Below are positions 54,501-61,996 of a stretch of DNA of 64,000 nt, in pieces; positions within the stretch are counted from its first letter, which is position 1; each line of letters opens with the position of its first letter. The position numbers were made by a program, and so were the translations under genes. The notes below the pieces were generated by a model. The model was given only the letters and a program-made list of their open reading frames with translations, was not told the DNA's origin and searched no databases. Source of the stretch: Lama guanicoe (taxonomy: Eukaryota); NCBI GenBank assembly GCA_013239625.1, contig MU054096.1, forward strand, positions 17,085 to 81,084, given 5' to 3'.

Positions 54501-57500
54501 TCCTCATCTTTGTTCTTCAAAACATGCATTTTGGAAGTTCCATCCTGTCACCTTCCTTCTCAACACTATGGTCCTCAAACGTCAAAGGGGCCGATGCCCC
54601 CAGCACCTCACTCGTCAGGACCCCATCAGTTCAGCACCATTGCTTGCTGCAACTTCATGAAATGCTGCATCCTCAGCCAGGCTCACCAGTTCATCTCACA
54701 AGTAGATTACGTTTTACTTGTATCACATGTTACAGAATTTTCACACCGCCTGGCAATCAGAGGGAATGGACCGACAGAGAGGGTCTCAGAGAACAGTTAC
54801 ACAGACGAGATACTGGAGGAGAGGTCAGTTTATAAGTGGTCGGTGAGCTGGAAATGTGTCAGTTTCGTGACAACGCCTCCTTCCCTGCACAACCTCCTGA
54901 CAACCCCACCGTGGACACCAAGCAGACTTTGTGCTTTCCCGCACACGCAGATGAGATGAAAGAGAGGTGGACTGACTTTCTAACAGCAGGCTCCCCCGTG
55001 GACAACAATGTTACAGCAGAAAGAAAAGCTGGACGATGAAATTTTGCTTCCCTACCCTGCTGCACACCAGGATTCATTAACACATGTAACCGGGAGTAAC
55101 CCCAGGCTCAGGGATGGTAGCTTCACTTGCCCTTTGAGATCTACCCTGAGGTGTCTGCCTTATCTGACTCTGGATTAACAAATCTGCCTCATTTCAGATG
55201 CTGCTTGATAATCTCACTTCTGAGAACAAAGGAGCAATCACAGGTCAGCCTTGGGAAAAGAACCTAGAAAAAGGGATCCAGCAGTGTGGCTTAGGGGAAG
55301 ACTCCGCTGGGGAAAGTGAAACAGGAGAGAGATGACAAAAACAACGTCAACTGGGCGTAAACAGACGAGACCAAGCTCCCATCGGCCACATCCTCAGGGC
55401 AAACTTGAATGGCCCAGCATCCTCAATATGCCCAGTCTTGTCTCCAACCAGAATTGCACCAGAGATCAAAGTCCACACCCCCCAGTCTCATCCCACTCTT
55501 TGATTGTCTTTATATGGTTTGTATTTACCGTATTTTCCTTTGAGGCAGTGGGGACCTGTTTGGCTGACCAGAGTGAGTCCCTAAGAAGAAAGGGGCCACA
55601 TGTCCTACTCATCTTGTAGTTTCACCCTCTCTTCCTTTTCCACCATTTGCTCCCTCTCTTCTTTGCACACAGTGATGCTCAATAATTTGTCTATTGAATT
55701 GAATCCAAGCCTTCCAGTAAACATGAAATCTGATGTTCACAAAGAAAGAGGATAGGGAGCCAGACCAGACAAGGCCCCGAGGTGGAATTCTTCCATGAGT
55801 CTACAGGTAGAGGGAGAGGAAACAAAAAAGGTAGCTCTGGCCAAACAAGTGAGGTTACATGGGGTAAGAAACAGTGGAAGACCTTGCTACTAATCCATCT
55901 TACCCAACCCTGCTTTTAGAATAGAACTGAACATAACAATCTGTCAGCAGTGAAAGGATGACATAAAAGGATGCCTGTGATGCTCAGCATTCCTAAATTC
56001 CTCTTGTACTGTGAGAGCAAGGAGATCTACAATCGTCTCTTTCTGGTTTAAAGACTTCCAGGGACTGATCGTGTTGCAAGCCAGTAACTCCATCCCACCT
56101 ACGATGCCTCATAAATTACTACGAATTTGAAAAGGTCCTGACAAGAGAGCTCTTGACTTAGAACTGTTAAGATTTTTTTCAACTGCTGGATGCCAACTCT
56201 TACCTAATTATTTCCCCTAACAATTCCTGCACCTAATGGCTTCAGTGTAGAGACACAGTAAGGTCCCTACATCTTTAGTACAGGAAATCTGCCTTCCCGC
56301 TATGTGCCAACCCAACAAACGGCCCACTGGCCATCCCCCGAGGAGCCTCTGATAGCTGTCTTCAAAGCAAATTAAAGAACTTCATTTCCCAGCCCCATTC
56401 CCAATGGCCACCCTGCTACTAACCATTGCTCCACTCTGTTCAAGCTCAAGAGGAAACAGTCTAGGACAACTTCAGGTCCTTTGTAATGTTCGTAATGTAA
56501 TAATCTCTCAACACTCTTTGAGCGTATTGTAAGGACCTGAGCTGTGGCCCAATTGTGCAACCTTGGTGAAGAGTCTGGGCTTCCTGTATCCTCTGAGCTG
56601 GTCTAATAATGTTCTGCTTATACCAGGTACAAAGGCATGACAGACGCAGTCCCAACCCTGGATTGTTTCAAACTAAATCAATGCATTTGAGGGGGAGGGT
56701 ATAGCTCAAGTGGGAGAGCACATGCTTAGCATGCATAAGGGCCTGGGTTCAATCCCCAGTACCTCCTCTAAAAATAAATAAATAAACAAACCTAATTATC
56801 CCCCCCCAAAAATACAACAAATAAACCAAAGTAATTGGCAGTCACTGTATAATACTTAAATATGCAATACTAAATTATGTAGCCAGGTCCCAAAGTGCCG
56901 GAGAAGATTCAAGATTCTTCACGGCCTTTTCATCCAGTGCTCGGGGGAGAGTCTGGACGTCCTGGGAAAAGAAGGTGACCAGGTCCCACCACAGAAGACT
57001 GTGGGGAGCCCCCTTCACGTCTGGTGGCAGCACAGCCAGCTCTCACTGCAAGCAGCCCAGAACAGGCAGAAAATTCATTCCTGACTGCAACCCAGCACTG
57101 GTCAGAGGTTCATTGAAAACCCCTGATAATTGCAGGAGAGAACCTAGAGGACCTGCTAGCTCATCCTTCTCTGAACCTGGGTTAAGACAGAGGAGAGCAA
57201 AGGAATGAACATTTGATTTGGTCCTCAGAAGAAACGTCGTCCACGGGCTGCGGCTGGATGCCACACACTCATCCTTTCCCCAAGGTCCAGGCTGAGGCGG
57301 CCCATTTAATGGAAGCTTGTATTGACTGTAAAACTGTACCATGAGGATGTTGGCCATGGTACTACCCTATGTCTCTGAAATAAATGTCTCCTGAGTATCC
57401 AAACTCGAAATAAGGAAAACAGTGACTTGGGTGTTTTCCCATTTGCCTTGTCAATCATCAACTTCAGCTCAATTCAGACCTAAGCAGAGTGATTTTAATG

Positions 57501-58230
57501 AGACCCTCCGCAATGCCTATTCTTTCACCTCCTTTGAAATGCCCTCTCCTCTGCTTTATCCTTTCAGCATTATGTTCAATCTTAGAAACTTAAAACTATC
57601 TGCTAGAAATAAGATTATAAAATACGCCATTCTTGGGGAAGTGTCTTTGTCTTTCGTGGGACAATCTTACCTGCATATGAGTCTATTTTTCACCAAGGCT
57701 GTAAAAATCTCCTGAAAGAGTTTATGCTGGGGGTGTTTGCTGAAGTTTCTCTCATTCTTGTAGTTTATACTGAGATGAAAGAGACAGAAAAGCATTTTGT
57801 AATAAAATAAATAAACTTATTTAGGATGCCTCAAAATTACCACCACAGAGAAAGATCACTCATATGCATGCAAACACTGAAGGACTCTTGGAACTGAATG
57901 TACCATGAAAGGCAAGTATCAGCTGTTAAAACAGGAAGCAGAAATTCAATTACAAAGTTAATAATAAAGATTATAGTAAAGCATATGTATTTCATTTTAC
58001 AGATTAACTAAATTATTCCCTACAGATACTTAGCAACTAAAATTGGTGAGAGGGAAGAAAAGGGCATACGGAGAGAGAGAGTGATTGGGCACATTATCCA
58101 GTGTCCCTGGATAAGCGTCCCTCACTTCATGTTGCCACCCACCCAGTCCGTGGGCTGCTACTGCTATTCACACCAGTGGATGCCTTGTATATTTCCTTGT
58201 AGATAACAGGGAGTTATTAACACAGGTGGT

Positions 58231-58280
<50 letters not shown>

Positions 58281-59520
58281 CAAAGTCATGAGATAGTCTA
58301 GCCTCAGCTGTTTTTCCCAGTTATTACAGCCATCAGAGAGGTTAAAAATACCCCCAATGCACTCTACCTTAAAACTGGAAACGGGTAAGAGATAATACAC
58401 AAGAGTCACAGTGCTATAAAATATATAATAAATATTTTTGCACACATGAAAATAGATCAATTTTAAGATCTAGGCTGAAAACGCTGGAATTACACAAACA
58501 TACCACCTCAGAGGCAGGTTCTGGAGTCTTGTGTTGTTGTTCGGATTGTCCTGCCTTCGTTGGACTGTGTGTCCCTACCCTAGGCAGGTGAGGGCTGTCA
58601 CAGTTCTTAGTAATGAACACGGGCAGACTGAATACGTAACAGTTTTTAAAGAATTTTGTGTTCCTCACTAAACGTGTATTTGAAAAATATGAATTCATGT
58701 GGTATTATGAAACACTTGTGGACTATTGAATTCACTGTCATAAAATGACAGGGAAACGAAACCTAGGCCAAATAAATAGATAAATGATCGTTCTAAAACA
58801 TTTCTATTGAGATTTCATGCCAATTCATTATTTACATGGCACTTCGTGCCAAATGACTTTAACACACTGTAAAACCAAGAGAAGCAGCTCCAGGAGGGTG
58901 GTGGCCACAAGAATGCACAGCTTCTAAAAGGTCTGCACGCAACAGGAGAGAGAAACAGAGGCTGACACTTCCTGTGTGAAAGGTGAGGGACTGAAAGCCT
59001 CGTTGTTTTGACAACCCCAGTCGTCAGCCAACACATTTGTTCACAGGAGTGGCTTTTTTTATGCCGCCTCATTGCGGCAAGATACAGAGAGACCAAAAGC
59101 TAAAGACAAAACTTGGAGTCGGCCTAGCCAGTCAACAACCTGAGCCACTTCCTCATGGAGCAAACGCCAAATGATGTCAGCCAGGTGTCCTGAAACTCCC
59201 AGGTCAGTCTCACCTGCAGCCACTTGGCCTGTCATTTACACACTATTTCTAATCTAAATTACTGAAGGAGGAATCCCCATGGTAAATTTTAAAATGGTTT
59301 TCAGTTTTAGCTCCTGTGCCAAACTGAAATAAATCTTTGGGCTAATGAGGATAGGCTGGGAAGGCAAGGGACTTACTGGATTTTCTTACCTAAAATTTTC
59401 AAGTTCGACGGCTTCCGTGGACTCGTGCCACTGCCCTCGAGCCCTGTGCCCGGCCACCCCGATGGCGGGCTCAGACTTCGTCATGCTGCTCTGCGCACTT
59501 TCGAAGTTAATGGCTGGGAG
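12494..59520 (-). CDS. NEK10: NEK10 (NIMA-related kinase 10), partial: 20 internal coding exons, roughly codons 45-697
   Basis: Spliced exons give one uninterrupted 1958-nt frame from [10 protein letters not shown] to [24 protein letters not shown]. All introns are GT-AG with matching phases. Kinase motifs [18 protein letters not shown] and DFG follow an ARM-like region, matching NEK10 as recalled. Confidence 0.97.
13600..13980. mobile_element. Two tail-to-tail MIRs
   Basis: gcacggactctggaacc.. on plus; catgaggaaactgaggctca on minus. Confidence 0.7.
14010..15200 (+). mobile_element. Degenerate L1 ORF2 fragments with a short L1 3'-end insert
   Basis: acacttcccaactcattttatgaagcca; catgaccaagt-gggtttat-cca-like; ataaagggcatctatgaaaacctaca. 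Confidence 0.75.
15265..15890 (-). mobile_element. L1 ORF2 3' fragment, antisense
   Basis: ORF 15239-15439 [23 protein letters not shown] resembles L1 ORF2 C-terminus. Confidence 0.8.
16030..16962 (+). mobile_element. L1 ORF2 reverse-transcriptase fragment (disabled)
   Basis: [36 protein letters not shown] motif; frameshifts. Confidence 0.92.
18870..19076 (-). mobile_element. MER3-like hAT-Charlie MITE
   Basis: cacatttcaagtgc..cagccacatgtggctagtgg..gcagaaagttctactggaca. Confidence 0.8.
19126..19228 (-). CDS. NEK10: NEK10 exon (103 nt) [34 protein letters not shown], catalytic loop
   Basis: gtttgaag acceptor, A|gtaagt donor, phase 0/1; HRD motif. Confidence 0.96.
19388..19509 (-). CDS. NEK10: NEK10 exon (122 nt) [40 protein letters not shown]
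   Basis: ttttgtacag acceptor, CAG|gtacac donor, phase 1/0; hinge region LYIVME. Confidence 0.96.
21011..21174 (-). mobile_element. tRNA-Ala-derived SINE with 15-bp TSD
   Basis: Reverse-complement SINE head; TSD caaaggtcctacttt at 20996-21010 and 21175-21189. Confidence 0.88.
21705..21750 (-). CDS. NEK10: NEK10 exon (46 nt) [15 protein letters not shown]
   Basis: ttcttacag acceptor, A|gtaagt donor, phase 0/1; HPNxV motif. Confidence 0.95.
22291..22861 (+). mobile_element. MER31-like ERV1 solo LTR carrying a short L1 3'-end insertion (about 22685-22835)
   Basis: TGACA...TTTGACA ends, 4-bp TSD TAGT, motif gtcaggctcctctgagccctc...gatttagcaagaatcctgctaag, AATAAA near 22662. Confidence 0.75.
24701..24838 (-). 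CDS. NEK10: NEK10 exon (138 nt) [46 protein letters not shown]
   Basis: attttag acceptor, CAG|gtaaat donor, phase 0/0; contains catalytic Lys (AMK) and alphaC Glu. Confidence 0.96.
25332..25460 (-). CDS. NEK10: NEK10 exon (129 nt) [43 protein letters not shown], kinase Gly-rich loop
   Basis: ttggttag acceptor, AAG|gtgact donor, phase 0/0; GxGxFG motif. Confidence 0.96.
25552..25654 (-). CDS. NEK10: NEK10 exon (103 nt) [34 protein letters not shown]
   Basis: tctatgtag acceptor, GTG|gtgagt donor, phase 2/0; followed by a 91-nt intron. Confidence 0.95.
27059..27123 (-). CDS. NEK10: NEK10 exon (65 nt) [21 protein letters not shown]
   Basis: ttttccag acceptor, AG|gtatga donor, phase 0/2. Confidence 0.95.
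28853..28930 (-). CDS. NEK10: NEK10 exon (78 nt) [26 protein letters not shown]
   Basis: ttcttccag acceptor, CAG|gtaata donor, phase 0/0. Confidence 0.95.
29342..29388. repeat. (GAAAA)n repeat
   Basis: Directly visible. Confidence 0.85.
29406..29550 (+). mobile_element. tRNA-Ala-derived SINE
   Basis: gggggaggtatagctcagtggcag...gggttcaatccccagcacctcc, A-rich tail, TSD core gagaatga. Confidence 0.88.
30548..30609 (-). CDS. NEK10: NEK10 exon (62 nt) [21 protein letters not shown]
   Basis: ttccttgcag acceptor, CAG|gtgagg donor, phase 1/0. Confidence 0.95.
31215..31450 (-). mobile_element. Short lineage-specific L1 3' end
   Basis: ttacaatgtg..tctggtgtacagca..tacaagatattgaatatagttccctgtgct; same family at 32640, 33420, 49350 and 61812. 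Confidence 0.8.
31576..31715 (-). CDS. NEK10: NEK10 exon (140 nt) [46 protein letters not shown]
   Basis: tttttcag acceptor, G|gtattt donor, phase 2/1. Confidence 0.95.
32640..32785 (-). mobile_element. Short L1 3' end
   Basis: T-rich tail then ttacaatgttgtgtcaaattccagtgtagagcacaatttttcag. Confidence 0.8.
33418..33600 (-). mobile_element. Short L1 3' end
   Basis: tttttattgaggtatag..tacaagatattgaatatctttccctgt. Confidence 0.8.
35490..35714 (-). CDS. NEK10: NEK10 exon (225 nt) [18 protein letters not shown]...[14 protein letters not shown]-repeat region
   Basis: ccccccgcag acceptor, GG|gtgagt donor, phase 2/2; contained in ORF 35486-35788. Confidence 0.96.
35817..36043 (+). mobile_element. 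MER58A-like hAT-Charlie MITE
   Basis: ttctgtaaagggc..gcagccacagacaa..gtgttccaataaa-ctttatttacaaaaacaggc. Confidence 0.8.
37125..37211 (-). CDS. NEK10: NEK10 exon (87 nt) [28 protein letters not shown]
   Basis: tttgtag acceptor, AG|gtagga donor, phase 2/2. Confidence 0.95.
37531..37610 (-). CDS. NEK10: NEK10 exon (80 nt) [26 protein letters not shown]
   Basis: tttttcag acceptor, AG|gtaagt donor, phase 0/2. Confidence 0.95.
38940..39007 (-). CDS. NEK10: NEK10 exon (68 nt) [23 protein letters not shown]
   Basis: cttttatag acceptor, AAG|gtgagc donor, phase 1/0. Confidence 0.95.
40070..40148 (-). CDS. NEK10: NEK10 exon (79 nt) [26 protein letters not shown]
   Basis: cctcctgcag acceptor, T|gtaagc donor, phase 0/1. 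Confidence 0.93.
41601..41642 (-). CDS. NEK10: NEK10 exon (42 nt) [14 protein letters not shown]
   Basis: ttttatcag acceptor, CAG|gtaaga donor, phase 0/0. Confidence 0.95.
42035..42203. mobile_element. MER5A-like hAT-Charlie MITE
   Basis: agtgtggtcc..ggaccagca..cagcatcacc..cccagacctgctgaa..aacaaga-cccc. Confidence 0.7.
45751..45835 (-). CDS. NEK10: NEK10 exon (85 nt) [28 protein letters not shown]
   Basis: cttccag acceptor, CAG|gttggt donor, phase 2/0. Confidence 0.95.
46491..46870 (-). mobile_element. Old ERVL LTR (LTR16/LTR33-like), antisense
   Basis: tcttag..tttccccaggagcagactctgagatgaagact..tgcatgtgagtgattaagga. Confidence 0.55.
49332..49630 (+). mobile_element. Short L1 3' end with a 19-nt 5' inversion
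   Basis: L1 3'UTR with A-rich tail; first 19 nt are the reverse complement of agacatagaacacaaactt. Confidence 0.8.
51200..51810 (-). mobile_element. L2 fragments
   Basis: gggaaggctttaagcagaggactgacatgat; tttaggcacgttaactttgagatgcc. Confidence 0.65.
51880..55240 (+). mobile_element. Decayed Ty3/Gypsy LTR-retrotransposon internal region (gag end, PR, RT, RNase H, IN), interrupted by younger repeats
   Basis: Ordered motif relics across frames: [10 protein letters not shown] (CCHC), [11 protein letters not shown] (protease), [12 protein letters not shown] and WTWT (RT/linker), [16 protein letters not shown] and [11 protein letters not shown] (RNase H), [23 protein letters not shown] and [14 protein letters not shown] (integrase). 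Confidence 0.75.
53476..53614 (+). mobile_element. tRNA-Ala-derived SINE (internal deletion in head), inserted in the Gypsy RT relic
   Basis: Same head and tail as the other copies; TSD core aacttaag. Confidence 0.85.
56691..56822 (+). mobile_element. tRNA-Ala-derived SINE
   Basis: gggggagggtatagctcaagtgg...gggttcaatccccagtacctcc, tail aaataaataaacaaacctaatta. Confidence 0.88.
57671..57769 (-). CDS. NEK10: NEK10 exon (99 nt) [32 protein letters not shown]
   Basis: tctcag acceptor, AG|gtaaga donor, phase 2/2. Confidence 0.95.
58235..58278. repeat. Perfect (GT)n microsatellite, about 22 units
   Basis: Directly visible. Confidence 0.95.
59390..59520 (-). CDS. NEK10: NEK10 exon (131 nt) [43 protein letters not shown]
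   Basis: tttctgtag acceptor, AG|gtaaga donor, phase 0/2. Confidence 0.95.
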
Positions 59521-60726
59521 CTACAGAAACAGAGGCACAGAGGACGAGAGGATGACGCTTCAGCAGAGGATAAAGGAAGTCACAAAAGAGGGGGAACGAA
59601 GGGAACAAGTGTTTCCCCGGCCAACGGCTAACACGACAGCTGTGCCGAATGTGGGGCAGGGGTTTACCAAGCTTTAGATATCCTTGACCTAAGTGTTTAC
59701 TCTATCTTATGCTGCTTTTTCTCCATAGCCTGTAACGCCACCTGTCACGTCTTACAGTTACTGATGTATTTTCAGTCTCCCTTGGTTAGAATGTCAGCTT
59801 GAAGCAGGAGCTTGCCTACTTCTGTTCAATGCTGTATCCCTAGCACCTAGAACACTGCTGGGGATACAAGTCTGGGTGAGGACTGGGCATTAGGCGCTTC
59901 TGAAGCTTCTCGGGTGATTCAAATGTGCAGTGGAAACAGGGAGCTCACAGATGCAGCTGGAAACTCTGTGGACTGGAGTGGAGCCCCAAACTGAGAATGA
60001 GTCACCTCCGTTCATTCATCTTCATCAATCACACACACTGCTTCCCAGGACTTAGGGGTATAATGGCAAAGAAGATTCCATCACTTTTAATCAGTCTGAA
60101 TGTTTTAATTCCTCCATCATGTTTAGAAAAGTCATAAAAATATAGAATTCACCATAGGGAAAGTAAAAATTTGCTTAAATTAAAACAACTTGAGTATGCC
60201 CCCATTTACAACATGAACTGGTAAATGTTTAATAAATTGTGACACTGTCCGTATTCAAATAGTTTCACTTAACCAACCTGTAATTGGGGCTAGCCCTGAG
60301 AATTGTTTCTTGTACCGCCGTAAAGCTGAACAAAGTGCAAGTTCTCCACTCTTTCCCCAGTGCAAATGAGGAATGTTCTATAATTAGCTAATTACAGATG
60401 AAGTCAGGAAAGCATAATGTAACTAAATAAAAACTACTTTTTTCAGTTAAGTCATGCTGTGCTAAATATTATAGTTATCAAATAAAGCTACAATATGCTG
60501 TACTTGTGGTCCTCGTCTGTCAAAGTACTTGATAGAAATCTGCAGAAAGACACTGTTTCCTTATCCAAAGAGAACATGCCGGACTTTCCATAAGGCAGTC
60601 AGCTTACAGAAAGACACATCATAATGAAGACATTGTTTAATAGACAGCAAACCCCTCCCCAAACCCTTCTTCATCACATGCCAGCCACAGCTGAAGTCTC
60701 AAAATTATTAATAAATCTTACAGCCT

Positions 60727-61639
60727 GTGTCTTTTCAGTAAAAGAAAATATGAGGATTATGTGGTACGTTAAGTTCAATATAATCAATTGTAATTCTAGT
60801 TACTGTACGCAAGTCTCTTTATCGACTACAGTGAAACCAGGCATTTACCTGTGCCTTTTGTCTTTCGTTGTTTAGAGACAGTTACTGTACTGATGCTGTT
60901 GCAAAGGCGCTTCATCTTTAAGAAGATTCACAGGAGGTTTACAGAAGCGGTTACAACAGTTCCACATCAAGATGATGGCTATTCAAAGACTCCAGCCCAT
61001 GCCACCCCTGGACTCGAGACACAGGAAGCTGTCCTGCCCCTGGGGCCCCTAGATGAGGCATTCAGACATTTTTACTCCCCAACAGGCAGGGACAATACCC
61101 CTACTAACCCTGGAAGCAGCCACAGAAGACAGACCGCTGCCCCTCTGCACTCGCATAAGATGATGGGAGTCAATTATCTGGGGAGGGAATGAGATGGGAA
61201 GGAAGAGGGCAGGACACAGCAATTAGCACCAAGATGGCAGAAAAGGCAACTCCCAGGAGACCTGGAGGCCCACGATGGCGGGAGATCCGACCTCCAGTGG
61301 ACCCTGAGCTTCATTATACACACTGCAATGTACTAGCTGGTGAATGACAGACCCACAAGCGCCACGACAATTCCCAGGCTGACCATGAAAGGTCAAAAAG
61401 AGGGCAGTGACCCAGTTCCTGGGAATCCTTGTTCCTTCCCCAGGGTAGTTGGAATAATCCTCTCATTTGTTAGCATATAAAAACTAGCAACACAGCGCCT
61501 CGCGGCCTTCCGGGAGGGCCGGCACTGTCTGTGGAGTGTATCTCCCTTCACCTTAACCACTCCTCCTTCCCCGTGTGTCTCTCTAAATAAATCTACTTTT
61601 ACTCAAAAAAAAAAAAAAAGTTAAAAAATAGTAATAAAA
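60727..61639 (+). mobile_element. 5'-truncated, polyadenylated ERV1 (MER41-like) retrocopy: internal 3' end, PPT, U3-R, poly(A)
   Basis: env-tail-like RLQQFHIKMMAIQRLQP; PPT 61180-61189; LTR starts TG at 61190; AATAAA 61586-61591; A15 from 61605; flanked by aataaatcttaca(g/t)cct at 60710-60726 and 61640-61656. Confidence 0.8.
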
Positions 61640-61811
61640 AATAAATCTTACATCCTACAAAACTACATTTCTATCTCAGTTCAGTGGGCCAGTCCACAAC
61701 CACCATAAGACAACAGGCCATGGGCACTTGCAGTAACGCTCAGTGGTTAAGAGAACAAATGCTGGGCCAGATGCCCTGGGTTTAAATCTACTCTTTGAGA
61801 GCTGCATGATC

Positions 61812-61996
61812 TTTTTATTTTTATTTTTTTTTCCAATTGAAGTACAGTCAATTACAATGTGTCAGTTTCTGGTACAGAGCACAATGTCCCATCATGCATA
61901 TACATACGTATATTCGCTTTCATATTTTTTTCCATTAAAGGTTATTACAAGATATTGAGCATAGTTCCCTGTGCTCTACAGAAGAAACTGGTTTTC
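61812..61996 (-). mobile_element. Short L1 3' end with perfect 16-bp TSD, inserted in a MIR
   Basis: TSD tgagagctgcatgatc at 61796-61811 and 61997-62012. Confidence 0.88.

Noticed and set aside
56461..56655. Minus-strand [11 protein letters not shown] resembling the non-LTR RT QGxxLSP motif
   Set aside because: Single isolated motif; no YADD or other RT motifs at the expected spacing.
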